DNA of 64,000 nucleotides from Eledone cirrhosa (Eukaryota), in the NCBI GenBank assembly GCA_964016885.1, contig CAXHJY010000096.1, positions 1,860,001-1,924,000 on the forward strand, read 5' to 3'. The notes below the pieces were generated by a model, which saw only the letters and a list, made by a program, of their open reading frames with translations, was not told where the DNA came from and did not search any database. The first letter of the stretch is position 1, and each line of letters starts with the position of its first letter. Positions 25,401 to 37,823 of this stretch are shown here, piece after piece. The position numbers and the translations under genes are program-made.

Positions 25401-28400
25401 AATTTGTAAAAAAAATCAGGGGGAGATAATTTGTAAAAAAAAATCAGGGGGAGATAATTTGTAAAAAAAATCAAGGGGAGATAATTTCCAGCCGTCCAAG
25501 GGGAGATAATTTTCAGCCGTCCAAGGAGAGGTAATTTCTAGCCGTCCGAGGAGAGATAATTTCCAGCCGTCCAAGGGGAGATAATTTCCAGCCGTCCAAG
25601 GGGAGATAATTTCCAGCCGTCCAAGGAGACATATTTTCCAGCCGTCCAAGGAGAGGTAATTTCTAGCCGTCCAAGGGGAGATAAATTCCAGCCTCCAAGG
25701 GGAGATAATTTCCAGCCAGCCAAGGGGAGATAATTTGTAAAAAAATCAGGGGGAGATAATTTGCAAAAAAAATCAGGGGGAGATAATTTGTAAAAAAATC
25801 AGGGGGAGATAATTTGTAAAAAATAATCAGGGGGAGATAATTTCCAGCCGTCGAAGGGGAGATAATTTAAAAAAAAATCAGGCGGAGATAATTTGTAAAA
25901 AAAAATCAGGGGGAGATAATTTGTAAAAAAAAATCAGGGGGAGATAATTTGTAAAATAAATCAAGGGGAGATAATTTCCAGCCGTCCAAGGGGAGATAAT
26001 TTTCAGCCGTCCAAGGGGAGATAATTTCCCGCCAGCCAAGGGAAGATAATATTTAAAAAAATCAGGCGGAGATAATTTGTAAAAAAAATCAGGGGGAGAT
26101 AATTTGTAAAAAAATCAGGGGGAGATAATTTGTAAAAAAAAATCAGGGGGCGATAATTTGTAAAAAAAATCAGGGGGAGATAATTTGTAAAAAAAAATCA
26201 GGGGGAGATAATTTGTAAAAAAAAATCAGGGGGAGATAATTTGTAAAAAAAATGAAAGGGGAGATAATATCCAGCCGTCCAAGGGGAGATAATTTCCAGC
26301 CGTCCAAGGGGAGATAATTTCCAGCCGTCCAAGGGGAGATAATTTCCATCCTTCCAAGGGGATATAATTTCCAGCCGTCCAAGGGGAGATAATTTCCATC
26401 CTTCCAAGGGGATATAATTTCCAGCCGTCCAAGGGGAGATAATTTTCAGCCGTCCAAGGAGAGGTAATTTCTAGCCGTCCAAGGAGAGATAATTTCCAGC
26501 CGTCCAAGGGGAGATAATTTCCAGCCGTCCAAGGGGAGATAATTTCCAGCCGTCCAAGGAGACATATTTTCCAGCCGTCCAAGGAGAGGTAATTCCTAGC
26601 CGTCCAAGGGGAGATAAATTCCAGCCTCCAAGGGGAGATAATTTCCAGCCAGCCAAGGGGAGATCATTTGTAAAAAAAATCAGGGGGAGATAATTTGTAA
26701 AAAAAATCAGGGGGAGATAATTTGTAAAAAAAAATCAGAGGGAGATAATTTGTAAAAAATAATCAGGGGGAGATAATTTGTAAAAAAAATCAAGGGGAGA
26801 TAATTTCCAGCCGTCCAAGGGGAGATAATTTTCAGCCGTCCAAGGGGAGATAATTTTCAGCCGTCCAAGGAGAGGTAATTTCTAGCCGTCCAAGGAGAGA
26901 TAATTTCCAGCCGTCCAAGGGGAGATAATTTCCAGCCGTCCAAGGGGAGATAATTTCCAGCCGTCCAAGGAGACATATTTTCCAGCCGTCCAAGGAGAGG
27001 TAATTCCTAGCCGTCCAAGGGGAGATAAATTCCAGCCTCCAAGGGGAGATAATTTCCAGCCAGCCAAGGGGAGATCATTTGTAAAAAAAATCAGGGGGAG
27101 ATAATTTGTAAAAAAAATCAGGGGGAGATAATTTGTAAAAAAAATCAAGGGGAGATAATTTCCAGCCGTCCAAGGGGAGATAATTTTCAGCTGTCCAAGG
27201 AGAGGTAATTTCTAGCCGTCCAAGGGGAGATAATTTCCAGCCGTCCAAGGGGAGGTAATTTCCAGCCGTCCAAGGGGAGATAATTTTAAAAAAAAAATCA
27301 GGCGGAGATAATTTGTAAAAAAAATCAAGGGGAGATAATTTGCAGCCGTCCAAGGGGAGATAATTTTCAGTCGTCCAAGGAGAGGTAATTTCTAGCCGTC
27401 CAAGGGGAGATAATTGCCAGCCGTCCAAGGGGAGATAATTTCCAGCCGTCCAAGGGGAGATAATTTTTTTTAAAAAATCAGGCGGAGATAATTTGTAAAA
27501 AAAATCAGGGGGAGATAATTTGTAAACAAAATCAGGGGGAGATAATTTGTAAAAAAAAATCAGGGGGAGATAATTTGTAAAAAAAATCATGGAGAGATAA
27601 TTTCCAGCCGTCCAAGGTGAGATAATTTCCAGCCGTCCAAGGAGACATATTTTCCAGCCGTCCAAGGCGAGGTAATTTCTAGCCGTCCAAGGGGCGATAA
27701 ATTCCAGCCTCCAAGGGGAGATAATTTCCAGCCAGCCAAGTGGAGATAATTTGTAAAAAAATCAGGGGGAGATAATTTGTAAAAAATATCAGGAAGATAA
27801 TTTGTAAAAAAAAATCAGGGGGAGATAATTTGTAAAAAAAATCAGGGGGAGATAATTTGTAAAAAAAAATCAGGGGGAGATAATTTGTAAAAAAAATCAA
27901 GGGGAGATAATTTCCAGCCGTCCAAGGGGAGATAATTTTCAGCCGTCCAAGGGGAGATAATTTCCCGCCAGCCATGGGAAGATAATATTTAAAAAAATCA
28001 GGCGGAGATAATTTGTAAAAAAAATCAGGGGGAGATAATTTGTAAAAAAATCAGGGGGAGATAATTTGTAAAAAAAAAATCAGGGGGAGATAATTTGTAA
28101 AAAAAATCAGGGGGAGATAATTTGTAAAAAAAAATCAGGGGTAGATAATTTGTAAAAAAAAATCAGGGGGAGATAATTTGTAAAAAAAAATCAGGGGGAG
28201 ATAATTTGTAAAAAAATGAAAGGGGAGATAATATCCAGCCGTCCAAGGGGAGATAATTTCCAGCCGTCCAAGGGGATATAATTTCCAGCCGTCCAAGGGG
28301 AGATAATTTCCATCCTTCCAAGGGGATATAATTTCCAGCCGTCCAAGGGGAGATAATTTCCCGCCAGCCAAGGGAAGATAATTTTTAAAAAAATCAGGCG

Positions 28401-31400
28401 GAGATTGTAAAAAAAATCAGGGGGGAGATAATTTGTAAAAAAATCAGGAGGAGATAATTTGTAAAAAATAATCAGGGGGAGATAATTTGTAAAAAAATTC
28501 AAGGGGAGATAATTTCCAGCCGTCCAAGGGGAGATAATTTCCCGCCAGCCAAGGGAAGATAATATTTAAAAAAATTAGGCGGAGATAATTTGTAAAAAAA
28601 ATCAGGGGGAGATAATTTGTAATAAAATCAGGGGGAGATAATTTGTAAAAAAAATCAGGGGGAGATAATTTGTAAAAAAAATCATGGGGAGATAATTTGT
28701 AAAAAAAAATCAGGGGTAGATAATTTGTAAAAAAAAATCAGGGGGAGATAATTTGTAAAAAAAAATCAGGGGGAGATAATTTGTAAAAAAAATCAAGGGG
28801 AGATAATATCCAGCCGTCCAAGGAGAGATAATTTTAAAAAAAAATGAGGCGGAGATAATTTGTAAAAAAAAAATCAGGGGGAGTTAATTTGTAAAAAAAA
28901 ATGAGGGGGAGATAATTTGTAAAAAAAATCAAGGGGAGATAATTTCCAGCCGTCCAAGGGGAGATAATTTTCAGCCGTCCAAGGAGAGGTAATTTCTAGC
29001 CGTCCAAGGGGAGATAATTTCCAGCCGTCCAAGGGGAGGTAATTTCCAGCCGTCCAAGGGGAGATAAATTAAAAAAAAAATCAGGCGGAGATAATTTGTA
29101 AAAAAAATCAAGGGGAGATAATTTGCAGCCGTCCAATGGGAGATAATTTTCAGTCGTCCAAGGAGAGGTAATTTCTAGCCGTCCAAGGGGAGATAATTTC
29201 CAGCCGTCCAAGGGGAGATAATTTCCAGCCGTCCAAGGGGAGATAATTTTTTTTTAAAAATCAGGCGGAGATAATTTGTAAAAAAAATCAGGGGGAGATA
29301 ATTTGTAAACAAAATCAGGGGGAGATAATTTGTAAAAAAAAATCAGGGGGAGATAATTTGTAAAAAAAATTAGGCGTAGATAATTTGTAAAAAAAAATCA
29401 GGGGGAGATAATTTGTAAAAAAAAATCAGGGGGAGATAATTTGTTTAAAAAATCAAGGGGAGATAATTTGCAGCCGTCCAAGGGGAGATAATTTTCAGCC
29501 GTCCAAGGAGAGGTAATTTCTAGCCGTTCAAGGGGAGATAATTTCCAGCCGTCCAAGGGGAGATAATTTCCAGCCGTCCAAGGGGAGATAATTTTTTTTA
29601 AAAAATCAGGCGGAGATAATTTGTAAAAAAAAATCAGGGGGAGATAATTCGTAAAAAAAAATCAGGGGGAGATAATTTGTAAAAAAAAATCAGGGGGAGA
29701 TAATTTGTAAAAAAAATCAAGGGGAGATAATTTCCAGCCGTCCAAGGGGAGGTAATATCTAGCCGTCCAAGGGGAGATAATTTCCAGCCGTCCAAGGGGA
29801 GATAATTTCCAGCCGTCCAAGGGGAGATAATTTCCAGCCGTCCAAGGAGACATATTTTCCAGCCGTCCAAGGCGAGGTAATTTCTAGCCGTCCAAGGGGA
29901 GATAAATTCCAGCCTCCAAGGGGAGATAATTTCCAGCCAGCCAAGGGGAGATAATTTGTAAAAAAATCAGGGGGAGATAATTTGTAAAAAATATCAGGGA
30001 GATAATTTGTAAAAAAAAATCAGGGGGAGATAATTTGTAAAAAAAATCAGGGGGAGATAATTTGTAAAAAAAAATCAGGGGGAGATAATTTGTAAAAAAA
30101 ATCAAGGGGAGATAATTTCCAGCCGTCCAAGGGGAGATAATTTTCAGCCGTCCAAGGAGAGGTAATTTCTAGCCGTCCGAGGAGAGATAATTTCCAGCCG
30201 TCCAAGGGGAGATAATTTCCAGCCGTCCAAGGGGAGATAATTTCCAGCCGTCCAAGGAGACATATTTTCCAGCCGTCCAAGGAGAGGTAATTTCTAGCCG
30301 TCCAAGGGGAGATAAATTCCAGCCTCCAAGGGGAGTTAATTTCCAGCCAGCCAAGGGGAGATAATTTGTAAAAAAATCAGGGGGAGATAATTTGCAAAAA
30401 AAATCAGGGGGAGATAATTTGTAAAAAAATCAGGGGGAGATAATTTGTAAAAAATAATCAGGGGGAGATAATTTCCAGCCGTCGAAGGGGAGATAATTTA
30501 AAAAAAAATCAGGCGGAGATAATTTGTAAAAAAAAATCAGGGGGAGATAATTTGTAAAAAAAAATCAGGGGGAGATAATTTGTAAAATAAATCAAGGGGA
30601 GATAATTTCCAGCCGTCCAAGGGGAGATAATTTTCAGCCGTCCAAGGGGAGATAATTTCCCGCCAGCCAAGGGAAGATAATATTTAAAAAAATCAGGCGG
30701 AGATAATTTGTAAAAAAAATCAGGGGGAGATAATTTGTAAAAAAATCAGGGGGAGATAATTTGTAAAAAAAAATCAGGGGGCGATAATTTGTAAAAAAAA
30801 TCAGGGGGAGATAATTTGTAAAAAAAAATCAGGGGGAGATAATTTGTAAAAAAAAATCAGGGGGAGATAATTTGTAAAAAAAATGAAAGGGGAGATAATA
30901 TCCAGCCGTCCAAGGGGAGATAATTTCCAGCCGTCCAAGGGGAGATAATTTCCAGCCGTCCAAGGGGAGATAATTTCCATCCTTCCAAGGGGATATAATT
31001 TCCAGCCGTCCAAGGGGAGATAATTTCCATCCTTCCAAGGGGATATAATTTCCAGCCGTCCAAGGGGAGATAATTTTCAGCCGTCCAAGGAGAGGTAATT
31101 TCTAGCCGTCCAAGGAGAGATAATTTCCAGCCGTCCAAGGGGAGATAATTTCCAGCCGTCCAAGGGGAGATAATTTCCAGCCGTCCAAGGAGACATATTT
31201 TCCAGCCGTCCAAGGAGAGGTAATTCCTAGCCGTCCAAGGGGAGATAAATTCCAGCCTCCAAGGGGAGATAATTTCCAGCCAGCCAAGGGGAGATCATTT
31301 GTAAAAAAAATCAGGGGGAGATAATTTGTAAAAAAAATCAGGGGGAGATAATTTGTAAAAAAAAATCAGAGGGAGATAATTTGTAAAAAATAATCAGGGG

Positions 31401-31760
31401 GAGATAATTTGTAAAAAAAATCAAGGGGAGATAATTTCCAGCCGTCCAAGGGGAGATAATTTTCAGCCGTCCAAGGGGAGATAATTTTCAGCCGTCCAAG
31501 GAGAGGTAATTTCTAGCCGTCCAAGGAGAGATAATTTCCAGCCGTCCAAGGGGAGATAATTTCCAGCCGTCCAAGGGGAGATAATTTCCAGCCGTCCAAG
31601 GAGACATATTTTCCAGCCGTCCAAGGAGAGGTAATTCCTAGCCGTCCAAGGGGAGATAAATTCCAGCCTCCAAGGGGAGATAATTTCCAGCCAGCCAAGG
31701 GGAGATCATTTGTAAAAAAAATCAGGGGGAGATAATTTGTAAAAAAAATCAGGGGGAGAT
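22490..31760 (+). repeat. Tandem duplication, period 4631 bp (2 copies)
   Basis: ORF pairs 23048/27679, 23504/28135, 24365/28996, 25003/29634, 26170/30801 and 26882/31513 are all offset by 4631. The variant CAGCTGTCC is at ~22557 and ~27188. Confidence 0.93.
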
Positions 31761-34700
31761 AATTTGTAAAAAAAAATCAGAGGGAGATAATTTGTAAAAA
31801 ATAATCAGGGGGAGATAATTTGTAAAAAAAATCAAGGGGAGATAATTTCCAGCCGTCCAAGGGGAGATAATTTTCAGCCGTCCAAGGGGAGATAATTTCC
31901 CGCCAGCCAAGGGAAGATAATATTTAAAAAAATTAGGCGGAGATAATTTGTAAAAAAAATCAGGGGGAGATAATTTGTAAAAAAATCAGGGGGAGATAAT
32001 TTGTAAAAAAAATCAGGGGGAGATAATTTGTAAAAAAAAATCAGGGGTAGATAATTTGTAAAAAAAAATCAGGGGGAGATAATTTGTAAAAAAAATCAGG
32101 GGGAGATAATTTGTAAAAAAAATCAGGGGGAGATAATTTGTAAAAAAAAATCAGGGGTAGATAATTTGTAAAAAAAAATCAGGGGGAGATAATTTGTAAA
32201 AAAAATCAAGGGGAGATAATTTCCAGCCATCCAAGGGAAGATAATTTCCAGCCCTCCAAGGGGCTATAATTTCCAGCGTCCAAGGGGAGATAATTTCCAG
32301 CCAGCGAAGGGGAGATAATTTTTTTTTCAAAATCATTGGGAGATTTGTAAAAAAAATCAGGGGGAGATAATTTGTAAAAAAAATCAAGGGGAGATAATTT
32401 CCAGCCGTCCAAGGGGAGGTAATATCTAGCCGTCCAAGGGGAGATAATTTCCAGCCGTCCAAGGGTAGATAATATCCAGCCGTCCAAGGACATATTTTCC
32501 AGCCGTCCAAGGAGAGGTAATTTCTAGCCGTCCAAGGGGAGATAAATTCCAGCCTCCAAGGGGAGATAATTTCCAGCCAGCCAAGGGGAGATAATTTGTA
32601 AAATAATCAGGGGGAGATAATTTGTAAAAAAAATCAGGGGGAGATAATTTGTAAAAAAAAATCAGGGGGAGATAATTTGTAAAAAAAAATCAGGGGGAGA
32701 TAATTTGTAAAAAAAATCAGGGGGAGATAATTTGTAAAAAAAATCAAGGGGAGATCATTTCCAGCCGTCCAAGGGAGATAATTTTCAGCCGTCCAAGGGG
32801 AGATAATTTCCCGCCAGCCAAGGGAAGATAATATTTAAAAAAATCAGGCGGAGATAATTTGTAAAAAAAATCAGGGGGAGATAATTTGTAAAAAAATCAG
32901 GGGGAGATAATTTGTAAAAGAAAAATCAGGGGGAGATAATTTGTAAAAAAAATCAGGGGGAGATAATTTGTAAAAAAAAATCAGGGGTAGATAATTTGTA
33001 AAAAAAAATCAGGGGGAGATAATTTGTAAAAAAAATCAGAGGGAGATAATTTGTAAAAAAAATGAAAGGGGAGATAATATCCAGCCGTCCAAGGGGAGAT
33101 AATTTCCAGCCGTCCAAGGGGAGATAATTTCCAGCCGTCCAAGGGGAGATAATTTCCATCCTTCCAAGGGGATATAATTTCCAGCCGTCCAAGGGGAGAT
33201 AATTTCCCGCCAGCCAAGGTAAGATAATTTTTAAAAAAATCAGGCGGAGATTGTAAAAAAAATCAGAGGGGAGATAATTTGTAAAAAAATCAGGGGGAGA
33301 TAATTTGTAAAAAAAAATCAGGGGGAGATAATTTGTAAAAAATAATCAGGGGGAGATAATTTGTAAAAAAAAATCAAGGGGAGATAATTTCCAGCCGTCC
33401 AAGGGGAGATAATTTCCCGCCAGCCAAGGGAAGATAATATTTAAAAAAATTAGGCGGAGATAATTTGTAAAAAAAATCAGGGGGAGATAATTTGTAAAAA
33501 AATCAGGGGGAGATAATTTGTAAAAAAAATCAGGGGGAGATAATTTGTAAAAAAAATCATGGGGAGATAATTTGTAAAAAAAAATCAGGGGTAGATAATT
33601 TGTAAAAAAAAATCAGGGGGAGATAATTTGTAAAAAAAAATCAGGGGGAGATAATTTGTAAAAAAAATCAAGGGGAGATAATTTCCAGCCGTCCAAGGGG
33701 AGATAATTTTCAGCCGTCCAAGAAGAGGTAATTTCTAGCCGTCCAAGGGGAGATAATTTCCAGCCGTCCAAGGGGAGGTAATTTCCAGCCGTCCAAGGGG
33801 AGATAATTTTTAAAAAAAAATCAGGCGGAGATAATTTGTAAAAAAAATCAGGGGGAGATAATTTGTAAAAAAAATCAGGGGGAGATAATTTGTAAAAAAA
33901 AATCAGGGGGAGATAATTTGTAAAAAAAATCAAGGAGAGATAATTTCCAGCCGTCCAAGGGAAGATAATTTCCAGCCGTCCAAGGAGACATATTTTCCAG
34001 CCGTCCAAGGCGAGGTAATTTCTAGCCGTCCAAGGGGAGATAAATTCCAGCCTCCAAGGGGAGATAATTTCCAGCCAGCCAAGGGGAGATAATTTGTAAA
34101 AAAATCAGGGGGAGATAATTTGTAAAAAATATCAGGGAGATAATTTGTAAAAAAAAAATCAGGGGGAGATAATTTGTAAAAAAAATCAGGGGGAGATAAT
34201 TTGTAAAAAAAAATCAGGGGGAGATAATTTGTAAAGAAAATCAAGGGGAGATAATTTCCAGCCGTCCAAGGGGAGATAATTTTCAGCCGTCCAAGGAGAG
34301 GTAATTTCTAGCCGTCCGAGGAGAGATAATTTCCAGCCGTCCAAGGGGAGATAATTTCCAGCCGTCCAAGGGGAGATAATTTCCAGCCGTCCAAGGAGAC
34401 ATATTTTCCAGCCGTCCAAGGAGAGGTAATTTCTAGCCGTCCAAGGGGAGATAAATTCCAGCCTCCAAGGGGAGATAATTTCCAGCCAGCCAAGGGGAAA
34501 TAATTTGTAAAAAAATCAGGGGGAGATAATTTGCAAAAAAAATCAGGGGGAGATAATTTTAAAAAAAATCAGGGGGAGATAATTTGTAAAAAATAATCAG
34601 GGGGAGATAATTTCCAGCCGTCCAAGGGGAGATAATTTAAAAAAAAATCAGGCGGAGATAATTTGTAAAAAAAAATCAGGGGGAGATAATTTGTAAAAAA

Positions 34701-37700
34701 AAATCAGGGGGAGATAATTTGTAAAAAAAATCAAGGGGAGATAATTTCCAGCCGTCCAAGGGGAGATAATTTTCAGCCGTCCAAGGGGAGATAATTTCCC
34801 GCCAGCCAAGGGAAGATAATATTTAAAAAAATCAGGGGGAGATAATTTGTAAAAAAAATCAGGGGGAGATAATTTGTAAAAAAAAATCAGGGGGAGATAA
34901 TTTGTAAAAAAAAATCAGGGTGAGATAATTTGCAAAAAAAATCAGGGGGAGATAATTTGTAAAAAAAAATCAGGGGTAGATAATTTCTAAAAAAAAATCA
35001 GGGGGAGATAATTTGTAAAAAAAAATCAGGGGGAGATAATTTGTAAAAAAAATCAAGGGGAGATAATTTCCAGCCGTCCAAGGAGAGATAATTTAAAAAA
35101 AAATCAGGCGGAGATAATTTGTAAAAAAAAATCAGGGGGAGATAATTTGTAAAAAAAATCAGGGGGAGATAATTTGTAAAAAAAAATCAGGGGTAGATAA
35201 TTTGTAAAAAAAAATCAGGGGGAGATAATTTGTAAAAAAAAATCAGGAGGAGATAATTTGTAAAAAAAATCAAGGGGAGATAATTTCCAGCCGTCCAAGG
35301 AGAGATAATTTTAAAAAAAATCAGGCGGAGATAATTTGTAAAAAAAAATCAGGGGGAGATAATTTGTAAAAAAAAATCAGGGGGAGATAATTTGTAAAAA
35401 AAATCAAGGGGAGATAATTTCCAGCCGTCCAAGGGGAGATAATTTTCAGCCGTCCAAGGGGAGATAATTTCCCGCCAGCCAAGGGAAGATAATATTCAAA
35501 AAAATCAGGCGGAGATAATTTGTAAAAAAAATCAGGGGGAGATAATTTGTAAAAAAATCAGGGGGAGATAATTTGTAAAAAAAAAAATCAGGGGGAGATA
35601 ATTTGTAAAAAAAATCAGGGGGAGATAATTTGTAAAAAAAAATCAGGGGTAGATAATTTGTAAAAAAAAATCAGGGGGAGATAATTTGTAAAAAAAAATC
35701 AGGGGGAGATAATTTGTAAAAAAAATGAAAGGGGAGATAATATCCAGCCGTCCAAGGGGAGATAATTTCCAGCCGTCCAAGGGGAGATAATTTCCAGCCG
35801 TCCAAGGGGAGATAATTTCCATCCTTCCAAGGGGATATAATTTCCAGCCGTCCAAGGGGAGATAATTTCCATCCTTCCAAGGGGATATAATTTCCAGCCG
35901 TCCAAGGGGAGATAATTTTCAGCCGTCCAAGGAGAGGTAATTTCTAGCCGTCCAAGGAGAGATAATTTCCAGCCGTCCAAGGGGAGATAATTTCCAGCCG
36001 TCCAAGGGGAGATAATTTCCAGCCGTCCAAGGAGACATATTTTCCAGCCGTCCAAGGAGAGGTAATTCCTAGCCGTCCAAGGGGAGATAAATTCCAGCCT
36101 CCAAGGGGAGATAATTTGTAAAAAAAATCAGGGGGAGATAATTTGTAAAAAAAATCAGGGGGAGATAATTTGTAAAAAAAATCAGGGGGAGATAATTTGT
36201 AAAAAAAAATCAGGGGTAGATAATTTGTAAAAAATAATCAGGGGGAGATAATTTGTAAAAAAAATCAAGGGGAGATAATTTCCAGCCGTCCAAGGGGAGA
36301 TAATTTTCAGCCGTCCAAGGGGAGATAATTTCCCGCCAGCCAAGGGAAGATAATATTTAAAAAAATTAGGCGGAGATAATTTGTAAAAAAAATCAGGGGG
36401 AGATAATTTGTAAAAAAATCAGGGGGAGATAATTTGTAAAAAAAATCAGGGGGAGATAATTTGTAAAAAAAATCAGGGGGAGATAATTTGTAAAAAAAAA
36501 TCAGGGGGAGATAATTTGTAAAAAAAATCAAGGGGAGATAATTTCCAGCCGTCCAAGGGAAGATAATTTCCAGCCCTCCAAGGGGCTATAATTTCCAGCG
36601 TCCAAGGGGAGATAATTTCCAGCCAGCGAAGGGGAGATAATTTTTTTAAAAAAATCATTGGGAGATTTGTAAAAAAAATCAGGGGGAGATAATTTGTAAA
36701 AAAAATCAAGGGGAGATAATTTCCAGCCGTCCAAGGGGAGGTAATATCTAGCCGTCCAAGGGGAGATAATTTCCAGCCGTCCAAGGGGAGATAATTTCCA
36801 GCCGTCCAAGGGTAGATAATATCCAGCCGTCCAAGGACATATTTTCCAGCCGTCCAAGGAGAGGTAATTTCTAGCCGTCCAAGGGGAGATAAATTCCAGC
36901 CTCCAAGGTGAGATAATTTCCAGCCAGCCAAGGGGAGATAATTTGTAAAAAAATCAGGGGGAGATAATTTGTAAAAAAAATCAGGGGGAGATAATTTGTA
37001 AAAAAAAATCAGGGGGAGATAATTTGTAAAAAAAAATCAGGGGGAGATAATTTGTAAAAAAAAATCAGGGGGAGATAATTTGTAAAAAAATCAAGGGGAG
37101 ATAATTTCCAGCCGTCCAAGGGGAGATAATTTTCAGCCGTCCAAGGGGAGATAATTTCCCGCCAGCCAAGGGAAGATAATATTTGAAAAAATCAGGCGGA
37201 GATAATTTGTAAAAAAAATCAGGGGGAGATAATTTGTAAAAAAATCAGGGGGAGATAATTTGTAAAAAAAAAATCATGGGGAGATAATTTGTAAAAAAAA
37301 TCAGGGGGAGATAATTTGTAAAAAAAAATCAGGGGTAGATAAATTGTAAAAAAAAATCAGGGGGAGATAATTTGTAAAAAAAATCAGGGGGAGATAATTT
37401 GTAAAAAAAATGAAAGGGGAGATAATATCCAGCCGTCCAAGGGGAGATAATTTCCAGCCGTCCAAGGGGAGATAATTTCCAGCCGTCCAAGGGGAGATAA
37501 TTTCCATCCTTCCAAGGGGATATAATTTCCAGCCGTCCAAGGGGAGATAATTTCCCGCCAGCCAAGGGAAGATAATTTTTAAAAAAATCAGGCGGAGATT
37601 GTAAAAAAAATCAGGGGGGAGATAATTTGTAAAAAAATCAGGGGGAGATAATTTGTAAAAAAAAATCAGGGGGAGATAATTTGTAAAAAATAATCAGGGG

Positions 37701-37823
37701 GAGATAATTTGTAAAAAAAAATCAAGGGGAGATAATTTCCAGCCGTCCAAGGGGAGGTAATATCTAGCCGTCCAAGGGGAGATAATTTCCAGCCGTCCAA
37801 CGGGAGATAATTTCCAGCCGTTC
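24400..37823 (+). repeat. 13.4-kb higher-order repeat, copy 1 (~13,424 bp)
   Basis: The ORF pattern recurs at +13424 (25003/38427), then at +13399 to +13401 (27075/40474, 32151/45550, 35643/49043, 37301/50702). Confidence 0.92.
31070..31895 (+). repeat. 411-bp tandem duplication (B block plus A block); also at ~44470-45295 and ~62040-62865, with partial versions at ~26440, 39840, 53270 and 57410
   Basis: ORF start pairs 31102/31513, 44501/44912, 62070/62481 and 26471/26882 are offset by 411. Markers GAGATCATTTGT and TCAGAGGGAG are duplicated. Confidence 0.9.
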
